From assembly GCA_050084515.1 (NCBI GenBank), contig CM114271.1, positions 10,602,001 through 10,666,000 on the forward strand: 64,000 nucleotides of DNA, in the 5' to 3' direction. How positions within the stretch are numbered: position 1 is the stretch's first letter; each line of letters starts with the position of its first letter. The translations under genes were made by a program, and so were the position numbers. The DNA comes from Blasia pusilla. Lineage: Eukaryota. Shown here one piece after another: positions 52,481 through 64,000 of this stretch. Below the pieces are notes generated by a model that was not told where the DNA came from, did not search any database, and was given only the letters and a program-made list of their open reading frames with translations.

Positions 52481-55139
52481 ACCTCTTCTTTGTCTTGAAA
52501 TTTGAGGTCTTTTAGGGAAAAATTTTCATGTGAGATTATTTTTGCAAGTTTGCAAGCGTTTGGAAATAAAAAAAAAATAGAATTGCAAGCTTGAAGTCGT
52601 TGTTTATAATTGACAATTACTAGGCAAGTGCAACAAGTATGACTTGTCATGAGTAAAGGGTATTGCTAACTACTTGTGTTATAAGCATATGACTAGGTAA
52701 GCAGGGCGATCCTAAATTTAATGATTAAACTTAAAAAGTTTTAAGTCACAATTTGAATCACTCTTTCGATCAGTCATTTAAAGTTTAGTCATAAAAACCA
52801 TACATTTCTTCTAGTACTCAATGTCATCTAGGTTCTTTTTGCAACCCTTCAACATGTACTAGGAAAATCTTGAGGGTAATAAGTAAATTATGTTGCATAT
52901 CTTAACTAAAACGATGTTGTCTAAGAGAGGTAGTGACATCTTCCATTGATGCTACTAAGATTTTGTTTACTGCTTGAAGGTCACGAACAAAATTCACCAT
53001 AAATGGAAGTGACTTTGTTGGAGGGATTACATTTCAAGATACGGAATGAATAATATTTTCTCCTTCTCTTGCTCTACGCTCTGCAAGAAACATCTAATAC
53101 TACTCGATTGTCTTTGTACATGAGAAACTTGCTCGTTGATACTCACATTGTCAAAATCAACAACAAATTTCTCCATAAGAGCATCACTATCTTGCCAAAC
53201 TATAATTTTTTTGAAGATTCCTTGGCAAGTATTCAACCATATCATGGTCAATTAAAAAAAAAACCACTTAGTCATTGATCCATGATCGCCACATATATGA
53301 TCATGACATCCACAAATTTTTCCTCGTGGCTCTACCATCCTATTGCAATTTCCCATCTTTCTATTTCCTTTGAACATGCAAGCAAGGTATCTATGTCGTC
53401 TTGCCTTATTAGAAAGAACTAGCCTTCACCCATATGGGAGGCAATGCCATATTGGCTTCCCTCTCTTTGTCCAAAGTTCTCAATTCGACAAGGGTATTCT
53501 CCACCTTGTTGCAAATCCTAGAGTATATCTCCATCGCATCGTCAATGTTCCCCTATATTTAGCCATCGATACTCACATCCCACCCAATTCTTGTTTCTCG
53601 CCAATTTCTACTTCCCTGCCTTCAACGTCTTACTGTAACGTTGTAGTATGCTATACACAAGGACACCTGAAACATAACTTTCTTTCATGCAATAACAATG
53701 GATTATGAGAACACTATCGGTCGATCTGGCTTGTACTCCTCGCCTTATCCGCTAGGACTGATGAAGGGGGTGACAAGAAACGATTTAGGAGGCCGCTATA
53801 TGGACAAAGGTTTCGTAAGGGGCCCGTGAAACAACACCCTTGCAATCGAGTCGAGTCCTTATGGCGCATAAAACCGACATTCTTTATAGTTTCTAAGGAA
53901 TTTTCGACTCATTCATGAGAGTTTAAGGAGAAAATGGCCCCGGAAATCAAGATTGTTATTGGAAAGTGCCCTTCATTTTGCAAACTCCTTTCAACACTTG
54001 AGATTTTCAGCCAATGGGATCGCTCCATTTTTGAACCATTGTAATAATTCAAAATTAATTAAAAATAGCAAGATTGTGAGTATTAGTTATGGGACGACTT
54101 ACGCATAAAGTGGATATACATAACTTACACTAGTACAATTTTGGGCTTCCACCTACAAAACGAACAAAACCGGTAAATCTTTGAAACTTACCTATCAGGC
54201 GGGAGAAAACCGACGAGGTCGGAGAATTTATGCGGAAAATCTATGGCCGAGTCCATTGCATGGCATGGAAGGGAGGCCTTAGTAAGTTAGTAGTACCAGA
54301 AGATTCGGGGTTGGGGCGTCAGGGGCACTCTGGGACTGTTGGGGGTTGCACGCGCGCATGCAGCCAAATCGATCAGACCGAATGCGTACATTATCATCAT
54401 TATCATTTCATTAGTATTATTCTTATTCTTCTCCGAGGTTCAATCGCCGTCCCGCGACCAACAGACAATTCGAGTCACGATTCTGTCACAGGCTCGCACC
54501 CCTCGATTGCAGTTCCTGACCGACGTCAGTCGCGACGATCGCGATGCTCCGAGCCAATCACAAGACGCCCTCTCTCCCGCTCTGCGACGGAACTCCTCGA
54601 TGTCACCCCACCGCGCGACCGATTCCGAAACCGCGCGACTGACCACGTGACGGACGGCGCGACGGAGAGTCCGGTCCGTGTGTGGAGCGAGTTCTGCCTT
54701 CCTTCGAAGTTGGAGCAGGGAGGAGGGGACACTTGGCGCCTTGGCGCTACCGAAAGGCGGAGCAGGAGGGTGGGCGTGGGGTTTTGCAGTTTGCGGATAT
54801 GATGGCGTGCAGAGTACGTGTTTCTTCGGAGTGGTGACAATGGGGCTGTCCTTTTGTCGAGGGAAAGCTGCACGACTCGTCTGCGCCTTTGGATCACTCA
54901 GGGAGTGCGGGAGACCCAGGTTTCGCGTGCCCTCTCACGTCAGTTCGCGAGGACATGCCTCAGTGTGGGACTAATCCAATCGGCGTAGAAGTCGGTATCC
55001 GCCTCGCGGCATTTGAGGTCAGGGGAGAGGAGGAGCGAGGGGAGGAGAGGAGGGATTGTCGGTAGAGAAAGAGGGCAAGGGATGAGAGTGTGCTGGATTG
55101 GGGGGAAGGTGGACGGATTGAGAGAGGGAGGGGAGAACC

Positions 55140-58100
55140 ATGACGACCAGGAATGGATCGGCCGCGCACTTTAGTGGGGAGGACGATGACATCAACCGGA
55201 GTTCCTTGACGTGCCATCTTTCGAAAAGAGGAAGGAAGGCACTGAATCCGTTTTCTCCGTATATTGAAGCAGTCAACCAGGTGAAGACGCGGCAATGGAC
55301 GCCGACTAACCCCGAGGGATACTTTCTCGTAAGCTGTCGTTCTATCTTCGGAGAGAGCACTTGCGTTGCCACATTTCGCGTTTTTAGACTCATGAAGAGT
55401 GGATCTATGTTTCTTGAGCGAGTATTCGTTTACAAACTGTTTTACTTTGCCTAGTACTGTCCGAATCGCCCTCCTTAAATTGCTCTTCAGCTTGCTTGCT
55501 CGCTTCCACTTCGATGCCATGGGCACACTGCTTGAGTACTGCAACCTCGCGTTTCTCTTCGACCAGAATAATCTGTCACACAGCTGCCAAAATTTGCGAG
55601 CGTAAGCATTACAAGCCTTGTCGTAATTTGAACCGGCGTCTTGAACTATCCCAACGCGGGGCCGGCTTCGATCCTCTTTAGGTGACTAGATCTGAGTTTT
55701 CTCCCAACGACTGTGGCAGCTCTACGCATCCGAAGGAGACATACGTTGGCACTATTTCTTCTTCTACGTAGTTCAGTGCCTAGCAGGCTGGATGTGACAG
55801 GAAATTTTGATCTTACCGCCCTGCCAGTAGCTTCTGACACCTCGTGCATCAGCTAGGGTATTCAGCTGAGATGATCCTCATCAAGCTAAATTCAACATTG
55901 TAGATTTTGGATTGGAAAAACAGCGATGAACTGAGAGGCAATTGATGAATCAACGCGTCAAAAATTACTTTCCTGTAGCCTCTTCCCAGGGTAGATCACT
56001 AGGAAAATTACCAGGAGGAGGTCTCAAAGCCCAATTGAGTCGTAATGTGAAGTAAGTTGAAGTAGCTTAAGGATTCCTTATTACCAGAGCTAGATCTTTT
56101 GGCTTTTGAAGGAAGGTCGGTGATCACTTCAATGTGACTGTGTTTGGTTTATTTATGGTATCTACAGATGGCAACGGCAGAAAGTGTGCTTTCTTTCGAC
56201 CTAATTCACAACAAAATACGGTAAATATTGCCCAAAAAATCTGCATTCAGTTGTGGAGTGACCAAGTTAAGATTTTCCAGTTGTCACTCAAGTAACTCAG
56301 TCTGCTGAAGAAACAAGTGAGAGCTATCAATCCACAGTATGATTGTGAACATTACTGCAAAGTGTTCACACAAGTGAGACTAGTGGTGCCCACTATTGAA
56401 GCTACAACTGGGAATACTTATTTCGGGATTTATAATCCAGAAAAGTTGGAGAGAATTGCGTATTCATTTGAAGGAGTCAATGCTGCTATTTTTTCGTTGA
56501 AGAATATGAAAAAGTACACGTCTTGCAGAAGTGAACTTCCAGTGTTTCATCAACTCTATCATGACAGTGTCTTCAAATTCAATTCACGTGTTGCGTATAA
56601 TGTATACATTTAGTCACTAATCTCGAGTGTGTTGGCTTTCATGACTTCATGTTGAAGTTGTATTACTCCAAGAAATCCTTAACATCTCTTAATGTCTGTT
56701 GCTGAGGTGCAGGAGCTGTAGAGAAGTACCTGCTACTGTAGGCCTTTATGGAGACTTCAGAGGAGGAGATAGATTGCGTAGTGCACTTGCAAAGATGATG
56801 CAGAGGACTTTTATGGGTGTGGAGGTTCGTCAGTTCCTGCACTTAACCTGCAAGCAAAATCTCACACATTTTCTGATTATTTTTAGATTGAATATGTTTC
56901 AGATTCTTTTTGGTGTTGTCTAGTAAGTATCTCTGTTATAGATTTCATCAGCAAATGAGTTAAATTGGAAGTTCATGCAGTTGTCGATGTACATGTCTCA
57001 TGCTTCTCATTGACGGGGTAAGTAATGTATTAAGGTTTCGTAATTGGAATATTCCATCTCTGGTGTGAATTCTTGATAATCACCATCCCTATATTGCAGG
57101 TCAGCGTTTCCAACATTTGTATTTCAAGTGGTGTCACTGCGTGAGCCTTCAGCACCCACTCCCATAGCACCTGCAGCGTGTGTGCTCCTCATCTAGATAT
57201 CTGTAATTAGATCCTTATTGCTGACAAACCTCACGGATGTTGCCCTCATTGCAGAGATCAAAGATATTCATTATATGGTGATCTGAGAACTGGAACCATG
57301 TGTACCCGACCTCGATCATTTGATATTTTTTAAGAAGGTTCTATCAGCTACCTCTGTGTCTGAGGAGAACCTCAAGGCAGTAGATGCCATATCTGGCACT
57401 CATAGCTCACACACCTTAATATTAAAGCTCGGAGATTGTCATGATGGCTATACATTTCAGTTTATCTAGAAAGTTAACTTGCCATCGTTTTTGTGCCTCC
57501 CTTTTTTTTACAGCGTGTTGGATCTCTTTTTCTTTGCAACCTGTGATGCTGGGGATGGGTGTCTCATTCCAGCACCATACTTCCCTGCTTTTGATAATGA
57601 CATGGCCATCCGAGTGAGTATATTGTTCTCCATATATCTTTTAAATTCAGCTTGACAGCTAGGAAAATAAACAATAGTTGTTGATCCGGTTCTTCAAAGT
57701 ATTTGGCAACTGTTAGAGGATGAAACGTAAGTCACTGTGCCACCAAAGAGGGAGAGGAAGAGAGACCCTTAGTTGGACAGGAAGCTCGATGAAGTTGAAG
57801 AAAAGGAAGGAAAATTCTTTGGAATAGAAAAATTCTAGCTCAATTTTCGTTCCTGTTGTGGTTTAATAATTGGAAAATCAAGAAGTTTTTATCAGTATGG
57901 GCCCAATCCTCGTTGCTCCTAGCTTGATTTTTATGAACAAAGTTTGCTTGTCAGAGGAGTGGAGGTTTGAATTGGTTATGAGCTTTCGGTCTTGGTACTT
58001 TGCTGTTGAACTGTACTGTGTTGAAATTTGTTAATATCTAGTTTATGCTCTAAAAATAATTAGTCAAATACTAACTTAGTTGGATACTAATTTAGTTAGC

Positions 58101-61100
58101 TAGAAATAACTTAGTGTTCCTCTATCTTTTAGGGTAACCTTGAATTAGGGCAATTCTCGAGTTAGGGTTAGCCACCATCTGTTATTTAAGGTATGGATCT
58201 GTTCAAGAAGATCTAAGGGCCAGAAGTGCTCACCCTGATGTATATAATGTCTCTGTTTAGAGAGCAGAAGCCAATTCTACAGCATGCACAGTTTTGGTGA
58301 GGACTCCTGAGGCTCTTGGTCCTGCTGCAGAGTGATCAGAGAGTAGGAAGAGGAGATTGAGACTAATTGCTGTGCTTGCTAGAGCCTCACTGGAAGGCAG
58401 GTTGTTTTGTCTAGTATGCTGATGGAGATTGTTTGTGCTCAATGGTGAGCCATGTCTGATCTCTGAGCTGGTGACATGTGAGGACCTGTAGTGTGAGTGC
58501 AAGGTGTGGCTGAGTAGAATCCTTCTTAGTATCTCTTAGATAGTAAGAAGAGTCACATCATGGTAGGGCTCTGATTTGGCAATAGAGATAGGAACTGATT
58601 TGCTGATTGTGTACAAGCTGAAATCATGGATGGTCTAGCTGATGCTAGCTCTGACTTTGTACAAGGAGATACTTCTGCTGGTCAATCATATTCTCATCGT
58701 TGCTCCTAGCTTGATTTTTATGAACAAAGTTTGCTTGTCAGAGGAGTGGAGGTTTGAATTGGTTATGAGCTTTCGGTTTTGGTACTTTGCTGTTGAACTG
58801 TACTGTACAATATAAGTGCATCAAAGTTTGAGAAATATATCAGAGGAGGTGTATCATGCTACTGTTGGAGGCCAAAGTTGCCGGGGGAATGGTCTCTTTT
58901 CTTAGTTCTAATCAACAGGCTTATACGAGTATTGCTGTCCTTTACTGTTGTCTTTATATGGTAGCAGAATGGAGTGGAGCCTTTACCTGTCCAACCAGCA
59001 GATTCTTTAACTTACATTTCAACTGCGGAGGAGATGGAAGCTGCTGCTGTGGCAGCAGAGAAGAAAGGCATCAAACCTAGAGTTTTACTGGTGACCAACC
59101 CTGGAAATCCACTCGGCACTCTTTACCCAGAGTCTGCCCTGAAGGTAATATTCCAGGGTTTGTACGCTATTGCTTGTGTTTTTTTTTGCATTAGTTAATT
59201 TGTGGGGTTACATGTGCCTTTGAGTAACCTTAGCTGTGTAATATCTAGTCTGATAGTATTTGGATGTGTGGGGTGTTTTTGCATGGACAGGAGCTCCTGG
59301 TTTGGGCTTTAAATCGAGGATTGCATGTCTTATCCGATGAAATTTATGCAAACTCAAAATTTGGGTATGAGTTCTGACATTGACAGTGATCATTTGTTGC
59401 TTACTTCAGCTGGGCTAGTCTTGATGTCATTTCTTAATTCATATTGTGTATATCTAAGTTTCATGAGGTAATTTGCATTTGTTCAATCAATATCATGATG
59501 GTGAAAGAGTTGTTAAAAGAGTTCCATGGCATAGGAGTGTCCAGGAGGTTTTGATTGCAAAAAAATGATGCGATGGTTGTTCCCCAAAGCCTCAAAAAAT
59601 ACGAATGACTCACAGTCTTTTACCATTCTACTGTCATCATATAAAGCCCATCTGCTTTCATAATAATACTGTCTAATCTGGAAGGAGTTGAAGTATTTCT
59701 TAAGTTCTTTTAATACTTAATTCTGTAGGGCATCACCTAATGAATTCATTAGCATGGAGAAAGTTGCCAGTATTGCTGTTGCGGAGAAGTTGCTGTCAGA
59801 GAAAGTGGTTTCGGAAAGGTTGCACACAGCATATGGCATGAGCAAGGACTTTGGCATGAGTGGTTTCCGCGTGGGCTGCATCCATACAAGGAATCTATAT
59901 ATGCAGAAGGTGAAGAAAACATCCTGACTTTGTTGTGGCTAAAGCTTTTCTCATGACCAATTGAAGATGTAGTGTTAATATGGATTTATGTCCTGAGTAT
60001 AGTAGATGCCATAATTAAAGATCTATGCAGTTCTCTTCGATAAAACTAGTTCTATCAGGTTTTCCTTACAGTCTATTTTAACGATATTCAGGGAACTCGT
60101 TTTGAAGTAGCTCCTGTGATGCAGGTTTGGCAGAACATGGGTATGTTTGCTGCAGTTTCCAATGATACACAACATGCACTCTCAATGATGCTCGAAGATG
60201 ACGAATTTGTTGATTTCTACGTGGCTGAAAACAATAGGTCAGTTTTTCTCACTAGTCTTGTTTAGCTGCAATGGAAAGTTGGTATGGACATTAAGATAGA
60301 AAGTCTTCGTGAATGCTGAAGAGTTAGCGGGAATATGTGGATACCTAGTGCCAGAATGATCATGACGCTTTGAGGATGGACGCTCATAAAAAAAAGTGGT
60401 CACTGTCTTGGTGGTTAGGAAATCCCCTCCCTAAACAATTTGCTATGAGCAATTGTATGTGCTGATGTACGAAACCAGCCAAGGACTCCGAGCACTTCTG
60501 AAAGTACTCAAAGAATTTAGTCATGAGTCGGATATGGTAGTGAACAAGGAACATGGTTTTGCATGAAGACTAGAATCCACGAGAAGGTCACCTACACATG
60601 AAGTTGACCCACAATAGGTAGATTCCAAATGCAAATACCTTGGCATGAAATTCCACTGTGCAACAGAGTACTTGAAGAGGTTCGAGGTGGGGATCATACT
60701 GGATGGAGAAACCTTCATTTTATCATTTTAAACTATCGCTATTTGGACCTTTTGGCCATTCATGGATGAAAAGCTCTTTCACACACTGTCCACTCTAACT
60801 GTCTTGTACAGTTTGATGTGGGGACCAGGGTTGAATGCGTATGGCTGGAAGCAGAAAGGCTAACGCTCACAGAAATCCTTCTTCACAAGAGAGGATCATA
60901 TTAGAACTCCATCTTCACAGGTACTTGTTCTTGCTCAGTTGAATGAAATACCCTTGAAGATCATGGCCCTGGAAAGATTGATCATCCCTGCCTACCTTTT
61001 GTAGGACAGACTGACGAACGGCTACCTCATTATTACCTAGGGAACTTAACAAAACATGAGCTGAACAGGTGCCAAGAGTTAGATCAGAGAAGGACAATCT

Positions 61101-63475
61101 TGGTTTGTTATCAAGATGGGAAATTCCCATCAACTCAATTCACATGTCTCCTTGCATCTGCAATTTTCTGTTTGCAGTAACATGGAAGGATCACTTGGAA
61201 AAGCACTATGCCAAAATTTATAGCATACAAACATCAATCTTCCTGAGCGAATGGTTAAAGTGGTGATAACTTCTTTGTTGTACCTCGCCAGGAAACCCTA
61301 TCTAAACGAGGATTCGTCTCTCAAGACAATGATAGACTGCTGTGTGAACCAGGGGAATGGCAGAATATGGAATGTATTAAGTCCCCTCTCAAGGAGAAGA
61401 TCTTCCACTACTGCAAGGAGAAAATAAGTATGCGTCATACAGAAGATGATAGTCAAGTGTCTTCTTTTGTGGACTCCACACTAACACAAGAGAGGGGACG
61501 AGGGATTGGTTGATGGTGTTACTGTCACTTGAGAGATTGATTCCTGAGACGTTGGAATCAGAATCGGTTGGTAGTTTCATGGATGAGTTTTCTAAGTTCA
61601 AAGATACACAGATGAAGGAGCTTAGATCGGGCCGAAAACTTGGAGGTCATATGCATAAATGGTCCAGAATCTGCAGGGCTAGGGTCTATTTTGGGATCTT
61701 GTGTTTTGTGCCTAGCTGTCATATGGTGTGCCCTGTCAGATCATGGGTAATTTGGCGTTGGTTTATGTGATTTTTGTTTAAATTACCATCATCTCTTAGC
61801 AGATCAAATCCTGGAGGTGCTTCCAGAAATTCGTCAGTTAAGCCCTGAAAGAAGATAATTCGGTAAATTAGAGTGTCTCAATGCTGCCCCCGTGTAGGAG
61901 CAGCTTCTATCCACATAGAGCAGTGAACTGTCCCCATTGTTGGAATTGGTATGTTGAGTTTATACACACATTGTGATTCTGAGAACTTTTTTGTGATGTG
62001 AAACAGGCGCTTAAAAAAATCTTACGAGTTGTTTACATCAATATTGAGTGCAGAAAATGTTCCTTATATGCCAGCTTGTGCAGCTATGTTTTGTTGGTTG
62101 GATTTGCGATATCTACTGCCTGAGGTATGCTTGCGTGCAACTCTTCCAAAGTGCTCATGATGTACGTATGAACAATTTAATAATTTTTTTTCTAATTCCA
62201 GAATTTAATGGCATCATTGAGAACAAGTTGTCTCAGAAAAGCCATTTTCTAAAAGAACTTTGTTGTAGAGTTCTCCAATGTTGTATAACTTCGTTTCTAC
62301 TTTTTTATTACATTGTTGTTAGCCATCAACAGTGATCATGGGTGCTATTCTACTATTTAGACTGATGGCATTGCTGTAGAAAGAAATTGGTCAGAAGACT
62401 GTTTCTGGTTTGTACATTTTAAAGAGTTCATACCTCCAAAAAACGGTTAGGTCTAATTTTATGTGGTAATGAACTATTGATGAGTACAGATGTAAATTTA
62501 CTAATTTGACTAGGTGGTGACATGACTGGACCATCAAACTAGTTGCAATAGAAATTTTGGTTAATATATCTTAAAGAAATCTTGTGAAGGTCAGGCCTAT
62601 TGCTTCTCACTGAGTTGGCTGACTGAAAGTCAGCCACTAATTCATCACTTGAATAGATTTGAAAAAAGCTCCGACAAGGCAATGGCTCTAACCTGCGAAC
62701 ACCTGAGTTGCTTATAAGATATGGATGATAATGATTGTTACAGCCTACATTTGAAGCTGAAGATCGATTGTGGAAGGAGATCCGGGATGAATGTCGAATT
62801 ATTCTCACCCCAGGTCAGTAATTTTTCTTGACCAGTTCATTCAATCAAATCTTCGACTTTTACTGGCAGAAGCACTATGAAGCTGCACTTGGCTGAAATG
62901 TATCATTTTGTTGGCTGCCATGATGGTGTCGAAAGGGGTATGCTTGAAGATAGTAAATCTGAGATGAGATATTACTGCAGATCTTTTATTAAAATAACTT
63001 TGAACTAGATTGCAGTAGGTTCAGGTGGTAGTAGTGTCCAAGAAAACTGACCTTAGGTTAATGGGAGAAAATTGGTTTTGCTTAATATTTCATTGCATAG
63101 CAGTTGATCATTAAAGCAAAGACCTTCAGTATTGTATGTGTGTTCTAGCATGTGCTCTCTCGTTCTTTCTACATTGGGCTATGAGGAACTCCTCGGTCCT
63201 TGCTAGGGAGTGCTTGAGATGTGGACCCTTCACCTGATCTAGCTTGGAATGGACCACTTGCAAAAACTTTGAAATGATCACTCCTTTTGCCTAGTAACTT
63301 TTTTTTGGGCCTTGATCACGCAGGAAAGGCCTGCCATTATGCAGAACCTGGTTTTTTTCGAAGCTGCTATGCATCGATGCCAATAGAGCATCTTAAAGTG
63401 GCAACTGAGCGCTTGACTGACTTTGCCAGAAGAAAGCGGAGAAAAAGGAAGGCAGAGCAAGATAGTACAGGTTAA
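55140..63475 (+). CDS. ACS: ACC-synthase-like class I/II PLP-dependent enzyme; 12 exons (55140-55328, 56168-56220, 56713-56824, 57100-57140, 57514-57613, 58968-59144, 59291-59364, 59729-59909, 60125-60237, 62007-62124, 62744-62813, 63324-63475); 459 aa
   Basis: All introns GT-AG with compatible phases. ACS-box-like motifs MATAES, LYGDFRG, LIPAPYFPAFDND, TNPGNPLG, SDEIYA, YGMSKDFGMSGFRVG (PLP lysine), AMFCWLDL, LTPG..EPGFFRSCYA. Confidence 0.9.
57910..58806. repeat. 110-bp direct repeat (57910-58019 / 58697-58806) flanking an LTR-like insert in intron 5
   Basis: The two copies differ at one position. The insert starts TGTTG (58019) and has ..CATCA followed by PBS-like tggtagggc at ~58560. Confidence 0.75.
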
Positions 63476-64000
63476 ATCCGCAAAGTATGTAATTATTATG
63501 AGGTGGCCTCGATTTGATTTTCGTGAAGGGTTCGTCATACCCCTTATCTCTCACGGTTTATACAAGGCACGGTTGTACTCTGGAAAATTTAGAGCACAAT
63601 TCTTGAAATAGTTTCAAATGCCCACAAGTGGAGTGAAATATCCGTTGTACATGTGATGTATTGTCTAATTGCTTGACAATGTTGTCACACCAAATTTGTG
63701 AGACAAGAATTAAACATTTCATACAAAGCACAAATATAAATTGTATCTTCATGGCACTTCCTGCGAATCCACTTTTGTGGAGTCGTCATTTGTCTTGACC
63801 TGCTAAAATATCATTCTGTGCAGTCCCAGTTTTCTCGTACAGGAAGGTCATTCCATATCTGTGTTTGGTGTTTCTGTACTTCTTCTAACAGATCTCTTAT
63901 TGCTTAGGCACATCGTGTACATGTATGTCTAGTCTTATTGGTGTAGTTTAGAAGTTTGGCTCTGTCAAGCTTGGGCTGAAAATACGGATGAGAATCAAAT

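Noticed and set aside
52990-53710. Coding-like minus-strand fragment
   Set aside because: Riddled with stops; I cannot assign a family without a search.
54230-55139. 190-aa and overlapping ORFs upstream of the ACS-like gene
   Set aside because: Low-complexity GC-rich promoter/5' UTR with no domain signature.
60400-61900. Possible LINE remnants in intron 9
   Set aside because: Only vague resemblance; no RT or endonuclease motif is identifiable.

Overview
Eukaryotic, land-plant (bryophyte-like) genomic DNA, mostly nested and decayed transposons around two intact spliced host genes: an NHR2-like conserved plant protein (37285-38771) and a 12-exon ACC-synthase-like PLP enzyme (55140-63475). The main find is a Ty3/gypsy-type retrotransposon family present in several partial copies. 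Pieced together, its polyprotein reads GAG-protease-DNMT3-like cytosine methyltransferase-RT-RNaseH-DDE integrase-PHD finger. Its ends are not ordinary LTRs but split direct repeats (L1-internal-PPT-S1-ac-L2-S2) with TG..CA termini and 4-bp target-site duplications (TSDs). It has no tRNA primer-binding site (PBS) and instead a possible self-priming site. Also present: a 13.3-kb hAT element (TIRs plus 8-bp TSD) enclosing decayed kinase and RING ORFs and a ~180-bp satellite, a chromovirus, a Mutator-like element, a solo LTR, a MITE and a ~349-bp tandem repeat. All transposon ORFs here are pseudogenised. Family assignments come from motif recognition by eye; no database searches were run.
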